A stretch of DNA of 64,000 bases from Tubiluchus corallicola (taxonomy: Eukaryota; Animalia; Priapulida): the NCBI GenBank assembly GCA_030141605.1, contig JAQGDQ010000342.1, positions 1 to 64,000 of the forward strand, read 5' to 3'. The notes under the pieces are model-generated. The model had not been told where the DNA came from. It saw only the letters and a list, made by a program, of their open reading frames with translations, and ran no database searches. The number at the start of each line of letters is the position of its first letter. The first letter of the stretch is position 1. Position numbers and translations under genes: made by a program. Shown here in pieces: positions 41,401 through 53,400 of this stretch.

Positions 41401-44400
41401 TACAGGCTGCTTCACATTTATTTCCTTTTGGACAACTTTGTGTTTGAAATTCAATAAATGTGGATTCATTTTGCCAAATTGCAATATTTCACATCTTTGT
41501 TTAGCTTGGCACTTAGTGTTTCTAAATATAAATGAATAGTATATTTAATTTATTTATAATTATATCGAAAGCTACTTTCTTTTGTGTTCTTTTCTGCAGA
41601 AATATAGAATTAGAACAGATCGATTATCAGAAAAACAACTTTTAAGTGAACTCTTTCAGTGGGAGAACATTTGTCCGATTTTAAGCGATTTTCAATTTTT
41701 TTCATTTAAGTACGCAACTCTGGTTCACCCAACTACTCAGCAGTGGTTTCGGACCAGGAAGTAGTCTGTATTTATTACATGTGGTCAAGCAATCTGTACA
41801 ACATAGAGGGACAAATTTTCCAAATTAGCAAAAGCAGTTTAATTTGTGTAAACTCTTTGCTGTGGGAGATAAGTACTCTAGGAATGAGTTTCCATTTAGC
41901 TTTTACCACTCCCTCTTTATGCAGAGTTTTGTACCACGATGTTGAAAGTGCTGTCATTGTTATAATTTCAAAACCTGGACTCACTTTTGCTAAGGATTCT
42001 TTTAGTCTAATCTGAAATATTTTACTTATTCTAACAGTAGGAGTGAGTGTCAAATGCTCGAGCTCGAACAAGTGTTTTAGTTTGAATTTGATTTGAACTA
42101 TGAATTTATTTTCACACATCAAAATACAATATTGTACACATAAATAAACAAATAAAATGATTTGAGTAGTGTGAGGTGAGTGTATGACCATACGGTCATT
42201 AACACGCTCACCTTACTTAAATGAAAATGAAAAATATGTTAAAGTTATGCGTGCTTTTGTAGAGACTTAATGAAATTGATGTAATAAAGTAAATGATGTA
42301 ATAATAACAAGGAAACATAAGGAAAACATAATATGTAATTACGATTTTGATATAGGCTGCGATGAATGAATAATTTCATTTAAATTGATTTATACCTTTT
42401 ACTAATAAAGTAACAAAGAAGTTATACCTGAAGTTATAGTTTCGAATAATTCAGCAATTCAGCGACACTAGCATGTTCTCTATCATTAAAACATTTGAAG
42501 CAGAATGCAATCAGTTCAATTTTGCTGCGATTCCATGCGCAATTTTATTATTAGTGTTCTTACTGCAGAACTAATCTAGTAATGTGCATGATGTTTCTGA
42601 GAGCCCTTTTTATTAATAATCTGAAAATGTTTAAAACTGAAACCGGATTCGATGATGCTGAAATTCGGTTTGATTCGATTTCAAAAGTCACAGATTCAAT
42701 TCGATTAGAATTTGATTTCTGGCTGAGAATGCTCATCCTGTCCAGTTGTGTGATGTAGCGCAAAACATGTTTTTTCTCGGCTTTTTGCAATGATATTACT
42801 TACCACAACTTTTGCAACAAATTTGGAATCATATTTTCCGCATTAAAAGCTGTGCTAAAAATAGAAACTGTTCGGTTAGAAGTATATTTTTACAAAGAAG
42901 CTTTCAAAATGAAGTATAAATTTATACTAAGATTGGTGTATGACTATGTGAAAGTCATTTTTTGAAGTTGTTGTTCACTCTCTTTGTTATGATTGAGTTT
43001 AGGCACAGAAGTATGAACAAGAATAAAAAAAATCTATAATACATATTTGCACTGCACACAACAGAAAAAGTGTTTATTAAAACTACAGAGACATGAGTAG
43101 CATGTCTGCTGCACTGAACACTGAGAGTGAGAGTCTACAGAAACGTGAGTAGCACAACTGCTGCACTGACCACTGAGAGTGAGAGTCTACAGAAACATGA
43201 GTAGCACAACTGCTGCACTGACCACTGAGAGTGAGAGTCTACAGAAACGTGAGTAGCACAACTGCTGCACTGACCACTGAGAGTGAGAGTCTACAGAAAC
43301 ATGAGTAGCACAACTGCTGCACTGACCACTGAGAGTGAGAGTCTACAGAAACATGAGTAGCACAACTGCTGCACTGACCACTGAGAGTGAGAGTCTACAG
43401 AAACATGAGTAGCACAACTGCTGTACTGACCACTGAGAGTGAGAGTCTACAGAAACGTGAGTAGCACAACTGCTGCACTGACCACTGAGAGTGAGAGTCT
43501 ACAGAAACATGAGTAGCACAACTGCTGCACTGACCACTGAGAGTGAGAGTGACTAGAAAGCAAAAACAGTCAGTATATATAGGTTTAGAACTTGACCTAT
43601 GCAGACTTGTACAGGCTTCACAACAACCATTACTTTAAAATAGGGAGAGAACCAGGACAACACCAACAAAACAAACACAAAAACAAACCAAACACACCAA
43701 AAATGACAATTCCAACTCCACAGACCAGATAGCCAGGGTTGCATTTCTCAATTTCTAGTAGGCAAGTACCCTTTAAATGAGTAAAACAACACCAAATGCT
43801 GGCGTAGGCCCATGCAGGTCTAGGACAATGGTCAAGTGATAGACACTGACACTCCTTACCAGATGTAGTAGCCACGATTATCGGGAAATTGATTTTTTTA
43901 TGAACTTCAGAAAAATTCGAAGAACTTAAAAGAAGTATAGTAAAATTGATACCCAAACTATTTCACATCGAGGTGGTACAATAAATGTGTTTCTGATGTT
44001 TATTCTTATCAAAAACAGGTAGCGAGCTTTTTTCGCTAATTTCACAATGAAGCAAATTCGAGTGGTTAAGGATAGTTTGTTTTGTTTCTATGTTCTCTGA
44101 ATGTCTGCTGCCACAGCAACCTCCATCCTAGCAAAATAATTTGTCCTCCTTGTATTGACAAAGCCACAGATTTCTGTGAAAATAGTTATTACTTTTGTTC
44201 AACAGGTCAGCAAGTTAGCACCATTTTAGGCTGCTGCCCTTACGGACTGCCTCTTAATGAAACCATTATGCCGCAGTACCTGAAGAAACTTGGATACACT
44301 TCTCACATAGTGGGGAAGGTACATATGCTTATTCATGCTTATTTTTAATGTTAGATGCTTTCAGTGGTGACGTCATATCTTTAGCACAATAGTCAATGCA

Positions 44401-47400
44401 AGGGATAGTTAACCACTTTTGACTGAAATGGTATAATTTCTCTTTGAAATGGACTATCACTTTTTTTTCTTCTTTCGAAATGCTTTAGAAATGACCTCTT
44501 TATCTTACGTTGTTAGACAGTTGTCTTTTTATGCAATGAATGCTGAAGTTTTTCTTGATTTTTTATTGCACAGTTATTGTCGTAGGTGTTGGGGTAGATT
44601 TCGAATCCTCAATTCGTGTATTTCTACTAACGACCATACTGTAGTGCAGGGGTGTGCAAATTTCGGCCCGCGGGCCACTTGCGGCCCGCCGAGAGAATTT
44701 GTGCGGCCCGCGAAGAGATTTGTCAACCTAATGAAAGTGCGGCCCGGGCGATTAATTGAGTGTATCCAGCTGAAGTCCGTGCCACGATCCCAAAGATAGT
44801 GCGGGTAGTTTTTTCTACTAGATCGGATGCCATTAACCCTTACAAGATGGTTGTAGCTTAATGTCACTGTACTACACAGACTGTGTGATACACATTACTA
44901 ATATGTATTGTAATGAAATTACCACTATCTGTCCTGAAAGTAGAAATATAAATTTTAATAACTTCTAAAATAGTTTCTTGAGTGTAGTACTAATGATGTA
45001 CGCAGGTCGGATGCAAAAAAAATCGTTATTAGGCCTTTCTGTACTTGGCTCCTTGATCAAACTGCCTGTGGCCCACAGGAATTGTGAGAAAGTTTAATGT
45101 GGCCCGGCTAGTCAGATAATTTGCACACCCCTGCTGTAGTGCTTAGAATTTTTGTAGTGGAACTTAACTTATAATAATAATAATAATAATTTTGCTTAGG
45201 TTATAATCCAGAAATAGCACCTTATTTCCAACATGGTGTTCATTACTTATGTCCAAGGTGGTCAGGATTATTATTACCCGCATGTTACTTCAATAAACCT
45301 GCATGCTTGATCAAACATCCAACTGTACCATTTTTTTGTCTTTGGTATGATTCAGTTAGGAGTTGAACCTGCGACCTCGCGGGTGGCAAGTGAACACGCT
45401 ACCATTGAGCTATACTTCCAGTTCAAAGTTGTGTCTTGCTGGCAGCTGTAATAGTGTAATTAATTTCGGGTATCGTCATCAGATAAAAGATTCGGGGATG
45501 TGTGTCTTTACCCGGCCTACAACTGTTGTCTGCAAAAGCGGTCTGCAGTTCAAAATTCTTTAAATCGGACAAATGTTCTCCCCAAGTTGGGCACTCTCTA
45601 CAAAAGTCTTAGTTGGTTTGCAGCATTCCAAAAATTAGCAAAAGTACTTATTTTTAGAAAAGATGTCGAGGTTCTGGTCATACCCATAAATGTGTAATAT
45701 CTATTTTTTTAAATTTCAATTTTCTTTTTTCTCCGCACTGCGATGTTTTTGCTGCCAAATGAAGTGCATGCGTCTATAGTCTGCATATATGTCTCAACGG
45801 GGAGTAGTAAAGGTGTAACCAAACTGCTTTCCGAAAAATCATTCTCTGTTTCTAAGGCCAAATTCTGTGATTTTCAAGAAGTCTGCCTGACTCGGTTATT
45901 GTTCCTTTTAAATAAAAACAGGATGATTTTTCGTATCCTGTTCTGTCTCTAAGTGTGGTGCTTTAACACCTGTAATAATGCCGGATAATTTTTGATGATT
46001 AAGTTATAGCTTTAAAAAACTTATTTAACGGCCAATGAGTTACGATGAAGTCAGAACTCAGCATGACTGATGTAGCTGACGGAATGTCCCAAAACAAAAA
46101 CTTCTAATTCCGCATTGGCTTGCTAACGGTTATTTGTTCTGGGGAAAAAAATAAATCAAAATAGGTGTGAATATCCTTATTAAATTTAGGTGTGAAAAAT
46201 CATTACACATCATTAGATCATTACAAAATGAATTACAAAAACATTACAGATTACAACAAATAGTAAATGTAGTGTTGCAGAGTAGAAATGTTGCATCAAA
46301 TAGAAATTAAACTGTGAACTCACGTATATTGGCCAGCTCTGGCATTTAAATCTTAAAAGCATCAACAAACTGCAAGTCACAAGTCACATTTACCAAATGA
46401 TCAAATCAGGCTATATTAAGCAGAATCTAGACAGTGTGACACTTTACTGTCCTATTGCCTTCTGTGTAAAGAAAGATGAATCACCTGAGTATTAGTATAC
46501 AGTCCAAATTTATAGCAAGTAATTCATTCAAGGCCAAGGCCTAAAAGGTGGCAGCACATGACAGTATCATAATCCCCAACAACTGTGATGCACAAAAACT
46601 GGGCAAATTTATATTTAAAAATTTAAATTCTAAGATTACCACTTCGTCATCGTGTGATTTCGCCACAAATGTGTTCTACGTTAGAAACGAACTGAGTTGT
46701 GCAGTTCAGAGATGCAGGTGCTAGTGTCCATCTAACTAGCGAATGGTGAAATACTTGCAGCAGGGCACGAACATGAAATTAATTTTCTTTGGTAATAATT
46801 CCTTTGCGTTAAAAACAGTCGTGTTCTCTGTGTGTGATACATTAGATTGAGCTATAGTTTAAAATTGGGTTCTGTTTCCCATTAAATGAAAATCGACCAA
46901 TCACGAAGCTTGTCTGTTTCTCTCAGGTCAGCAAGTCGACACTATCTTAGGTTGTGAGCCCTACGGACTGCCTCTTAACGAAACAATTATGCCACAGTAC
47001 CTGAAGAAACTAGGATACGCGTCTCACATAGTGGGAAAGGTAGTTGTCCAGTTAGTTTTTCTGCTTATGTAACTTTTATGCTTTTAGGAATGCAGTGGAG
47101 AATCATAATGGGTTGTGAACCGTATGGCCTGCCTTTAAATGAGACTCTTATGCCCCAATATTTTTCCAAGCTTGGCTTTACGTCCTACATGATCGGCAAG
47201 GTATCACTTGTTGCAATGCCGTCGAGAATCGCTTTATTGTCGTGCAGATGTGGAAGATCTCGTCGGCTTGATTTCTGTGTACTGTTTGTGATTATAGCTA
47301 GCTTGTTGCTGGGAGGTTTTATTTGTTTTGGTGGAAGATTGTTACATTTCTTAGCTCAACGTGGGTTTTGTTTTTCAAAATCTCTATTTATTTATGATTA

Positions 47401-50400
47401 ACTGTACTTTTCAATGTGTGGTTTCTGTTTTTAGGCAGTTTGTCATAGTTTCTGTGTGTATGCTGTTGTGTTAGATTCGGATACAGTAAATTTCTGTGTA
47501 TACAGTAATTGTGTATTATACGCTTTATGCATGGAACCACTCTGGCACCACTTTCCCATGTGTAGGTTACTCAGACTTTGCCTTAACAATGTTGAGCTAC
47601 CCGTTTGTTATACACTTGTGTGATTAATTTTTACCCAAGAAGTTCTGCTTTGCTTTAGAAAACATGTTGCACTAAATGTGAAACTGCAAAAGAGAAGAAA
47701 ACGAGTTTTAAAGAGAACCCCGAATAACCTTTCATACAAAGTTATATTGCTTAGCATCGTGCGCACCTATTTGAAAAGCTTATGTAACTGGAAAAGAAAT
47801 TACTTAGTAATTTAAGGTATTTACTCCACCCGGTAAAATGCCACTGACTCACTGTCCCAGTGCGCATTACTGGCTCACCAAAAAGCGTGGTTTTTGGTTT
47901 TACTGAAACGAAAAATGGAAATCACTTATGTACTCAACTACTCGTAGTGTAAATGGTGTTAACATTTAAGGTTTACCTGTGTTTGATCAGCACAAATCAG
48001 ATTAGCATATGGCTTCTTTCTCCTTGATTTCCAAACATGGCTTCATTTACTAAAGTCAGCCGTTAGTAATCACCATTTTTAATTGTCTATTCGTTACAAA
48101 GATTTTTGCTTTCCACTTAGCAAAGAGCGCGTGTAAATTTGTGTTTACGTGCTGTACTTTAATTTTACCTGTTGATTGTAGCTAACACCTGTTTTACTTT
48201 ATGACCAGTGGCACCTAGGTTTTTACACGCAAGAGCACACGCCCATGTTTCGAGGCTTTCACTCGCACTATGGCTACTATTGCGGACACCAGGATTATTA
48301 CGATCATCGGGCTGAAGAGGGGGTATGTACACGCATTTCAACAGCTGTTTATTTACTGTGTTTCAGTGGCATTTGGGTTTCTTTAAGCGAGAGTACTCCC
48401 CCATGTATAGAGGTTTTGATTCGCACTATGGTTATCTGACTGGACACCAAGACTATTATGATCATAAGACCCAAGGCGGGGTACGTACCTTTTTTTGCAA
48501 ACACTAATTTCGTGTCTTATGTAACTCGATACCCGATATGTGAGACAGAAATGATGGCATTGATAGAGATTGCAGGCACTGTTGAGAATCTATCAAGAAG
48601 CACCTCAAATGAAAATGCACTATCCGTGTAGAACTGCACATGGGATGGAAGCGTGTCGCTGGTTGTTGCAAGCACTGTTGAGAATCTATTTTGAAGCGTC
48701 TCAAATGAAAATGCAGTATCTGTGTAGAACTGCACAGGGGATGGAAGCGTGTCGTTGGTTGTTGCAAGCACTGCTGAGAATCTATCATGAAGCGCCTCAA
48801 ATGAAAATGCAGTATCTGTGTAGAACTGCACAGGGGATGGAAGCTTGTTGCTGGTTTTATACTAACTGCTTATGATATTTTTATTTAATTAACTGCTTGT
48901 GATGTACTGATGTAGATGCAAACATTTCTCTGAAGTGCTTGTAGTGTCTTAGTATATAATTTGCCATATGTACTCGAAATTAATTACCCCATGTTAGTTT
49001 TTCTTCAGATAGGAAAATAATAAAATGGCTCGATCTTTCATGATTTTTGGAACGAGGAGAAGAACTAGTTTATCAACTTTTCTTGGTCCAAGTTTGTTCC
49101 ATGGTCCAAAATTTCTCATAGTAGAAAAAAATAATAAAGGATTCACGAAATTGATGGAGTAGTTTTTACTTGCTAGATAAAAAGGGACTTTTTTGTAACT
49201 TTCTTTTTACAGTTAAATGTACTGCGAGATATGCCAAGCACGCACTGGGCGGGTGTACTTGTTGTGTGGGTGGGTGTGGCAGAGTCTTAATCTAGCTTTG
49301 TATAAGTCTTTGTAGGAAATCTGAATCAATCTTGTGGGGGAGTGTGGAGGGACTGAAACCTTGATATTACATCAGAACCAACGTGCTTCCTCTGCAGAGT
49401 TCTGTGTTAATTATTTTTCAAATTTTTGTAGCGAGGGTACTGGGGCTACGACATGCGGCGTAACCTCTCCGTGGATTTTGACGCGTCAAACAAGTACACT
49501 ACCGATGTGTTTACGGAGGAGGCAATTGATGTGATAAACAATCATGATAAGGCAAAGGTAAGGGATTGTGATATTTTGCTGTGCAAATGCGCCAAACAAA
49601 TGTGTATTAGTATGAGCAGCTGCGTTTATTGGAAACCGAGTTTTGAAATGATGATCAGTTTGGGGGATTTAAAAATTTGCAGTTGTGCTTCAGTGATGAA
49701 CAAAAAATGAAGTGATCGTCACATTCCTGTGTCATTTGACTACTATGTTCTTTTACGCAAGGAAACTTTATTTATTTATTCACCATTTTTCGTGTGTGTT
49801 TTACAAACAATACAATCGCGGTAGTGAATTAGTAAACCAAAGAACACAACATTAGTCTTATTATACCTCACTCACACAACAAATGCATGAAATTTACTAG
49901 TACATAGAAATCAAACAGTAGTTATAGAAATCAAATCGTACAGTTCTACATAATTTAAAAAACTGAAATTTGAAACTCCACGTAATTTGAAAAGCTCGCT
50001 ACAAAAATTTATATCGCACGGGATACGTAGAAGTTATTCGTGTCTTACAAAGCTGCAGCTGCACATTTTCTCATCGCATTTCCACTAGAGGAATTTACGT
50101 TGGACATTTTACTCGGGAACTGGGAAATCCTGGCTGATGACTGACTTTTTGACGTCTCTGTTCCCCAGAATGCTTTGCAAATATTTAACTGACCAAACTG
50201 TAAAATTTCGTTGTATAATTTTGTTACTTCGTTTAAGATTGCTAATCGCTTGTCTTGTGAAATAGTTTTATCTGAATTGAATCACGCACTGTGCCACCGC
50301 TGTTTTTACCTTTCAGTTTCCCGTTCGCAGCTGCTGCTAATCTACAGTAAAGGTGTTGGTTTTCTATTTTCATTTTCAAAAACTTCCCCTCTTGTATAAT

Positions 50401-53400
50401 AATATTTTTATTACTTCCCACCCGTATTTATATTTGTATATATTGTAATATTGTATCTGTATATATTGTAATTTTTTTCGTAACTAATTCTAGTGGCCTA
50501 CCATAAGCCAGCTTCTTAGGTCTCTAGTGCAGAATTCATGAATTGTATCATAATTTTGTTTTAACAAAAACTGATTATCGATGCACATGTAATGTATATG
50601 TTTATTGCGAAATAAATATATTAAATCTAAAAATCTATTAAAGGGAAAGGATAATTTTTCATATCCCGCTCTGTTCTGAAGTACAGTAAAAGTATACATT
50701 TTAACACCTATAATGCCAAAGTGCTTCTGATAATTAAATAATAAGTTAAAAACTTAGTTAAGTTTAGGCAAGCCGCCCAACTAGTGACGACACTGGGCAT
50801 AATTTTTAACATTACAAACGTTTCATGACCTTGTTACAAAAGTGTTTGCAAAAGTGGAAATTGAAGTACAGTACTACTGTACAACATTCAGTATGATATT
50901 AAAAAACTTGACAACATTCAAATCTCGAGTTTACTAATGTGCTCTGATGTATGAGCTCTCAAATGTGTGCACTCCATCACAACTGAACATCTCTGAACTG
51001 AGTGGGGCACAGTACCTGTTTTTTGTGCAATGCATTTTCGAGACGCAGGCGCTAGTGTCCAACTAAAGTTCTTGTGATTGGCGAAATGCCTGTAACAGCG
51101 AAGAACTAATCTTATGAATGTTGAATTATCATTCTGTGGTAATAAATCTTTCGTGCAAGCCATTCTTGAAAAAATTGTATGTTCCTTTTCAATATTTTAT
51201 TGGATACATTGTTTGAGCTATAGTTAAATTGAGACCTGGTTTCCACCTGGTGAATGCGAAGACCATTTCCCTCCACCGTCTCTGGCTTCGGTTAACGCTG
51301 GCTAACCTTATCGTGAAAGTCATGTTTGAGGTTGTAGATGAATCACTTTGTAGAAAAAGAATAAAACACTATACTACATATCTGCACAAAACTGTTTATT
51401 AAACTACATACACATAATGTAGAACGACTGCTACACTGAACACTGAGGACAAGAGTGTCCTGCATTGATCGCTGAGAGTTAGACAGCAAGTAAAATGAGG
51501 ATCACGACTGCTGCACTGCACTGAGAGTGAGAGTGTCTAGAAAGTAAATCCAGTCAGTATATATAGGTATAGGTGATTATGCAAACTTGGCTTCACAAAA
51601 ACCATTACTGAAAAATAGGGAGAGATCCAGTGAATGCATCTAGGGGTGAGTGTAGCTAGAAAATGTAAAAGGATTAGTTCATAGATGGCAGCACCTAAAA
51701 ATATACAGTTACAATTTCCACACTTATGGTTTGATACGAAAACGTAACTGGTATTCCAGTTTTGAAAAATCTACTGCATTAATGCAGATCTACCTTGCCA
51801 TGGAATTTATGTTTTATTTTTTTGCAGCCGATGTTTCTATATTTGGCTCACCTTGCTACGCACAGTGCCAATTCTTACACGCCTCTGCAAGCTCCGCAAA
51901 AATACTTGGACAAAGTGGCTCATATCAAACACGAGAAACGGCGACTATTTGGAGGTCAGTTTGATTAACTAACAGCTGTGTGATTATTGTGTGTTGACAG
52001 TTAATTGTAGCATTAGAAACTTATAGTCACTTTCAGCATAAAATTTTTTTCACTTGTATTCATGCTGTTTCACTTTACTCTGCTTTTTAGCAAATGCAGG
52101 TACTTTTTTCTGCTTTGGTGATACAGTCAGACTCCATTATAACTCCTCTCTCAGTCTGGGTACATAGTAAAAACAAATACTTTTTAAAAAAACAATTTTA
52201 TTCAATTTTGATGTTGATAAATAATATTTTCAACACGATTTCCATCATTTTCAATGCATAATTTTATGCGTTTTACAAAATTCACGTGAATTTGATGGAA
52301 TAGATCCGCATTGCCGTCGATTTCAGCACACTGACTGGTAATGCGTTCTCTTAAATGGTTTAAATCTGTATTCTTCATCGAATACACTTTCTCTTTTAGC
52401 ACGCCCCAGAAAAAGAAGATTCTTTTTTCTTTCTGAGGAGAAAAAATAAAAACAAATAAATAAATAGTAAAATCCCCCCATGTACCCAGACTTTATGGAC
52501 ACCCTGTACAGCAAAACTTGCTTAACGTCCAAATTTTTGGAAAAACAAAATGTCTATATTTGTATAGTTATACAGTTTCTTAAAATGTGCCAAATTTGCT
52601 TAATGCCAAGTTTTCTCGAGTTCCAAAGTGGGTTTGATTGTAATTCTTACCTGAAGTTTTTCCCATTTCTGATCATACACTGCCAGTTTGTCACCATTAA
52701 AAGCTCTGAGATCCGAGTCACCAACCTGAGAGCCAAGATTTCAATGATTTCAGTAAAAAATTGATGTGTCAATTAATTCATTTAAGCTCGTTTGCTATGG
52801 AGAACTATGTTTTTCTGACTTCGTTTCATATTTGCTAAGTAATTTCACTGAACATCGCCGTGTCTTGCATTTTCTTCTCTAGGCATGGCAGTTGGCTTGG
52901 ATGAATCCGTAGGTCAGGTCGTGCAAGCATTGAACGCAAACGGGATGCTCGACAACACCATCATCGTTTTTTCTACCGATAATGGCGGACCCTCATCCGG
53001 TAAAATGTGTTCAATTTTTTCACTTTATTAACATATCAAATGGTTTCGTGTTGCTGTTGGTATTTTTGTATAAAACCTAGCCACGAGGGGGGGGGGGCAA
53101 GCCAGCCCAACTCAGTGCCGGTCCCAAGCCCGGATAAATAGGGAGGGTTAGGGTCAGGAAGGGCATCCGCCTGTAAAAACTGCGCCAAAACCTTCTATGA
53201 ATGAGTCGGTGAGACTTAAAGGTAAAGTCTGCAAAGCAGTGGTCAAACCCGCTCTAATCTATGGGCTGGAAGCAGCTTCTCTAAAGAAGACCGAAGAGAA
53301 GAAAATGGGTGTGGTGGAGATGAGGATGCTGAGATGAATGGTGGGATTAACAAGAAGAGATAAAATTAGAAATAATAATATCAGAGGAACAGTAAAAGTA

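Noticed and set aside
44199-48176. 9-bp complementarity between the 3a acceptor (TCAACAGGT) and ACCTGTTGA upstream of 4a as a docking/selector pair
   Set aside because: It is too short to distinguish from chance without conservation data.
44206-48480. Duplicated exons as remnants of separate tandem sulfatase genes
   Set aside because: The order is 3a-3b-3c-4a-4b rather than 3-4-3-4, all other exons are single-copy, and all variants are intact.
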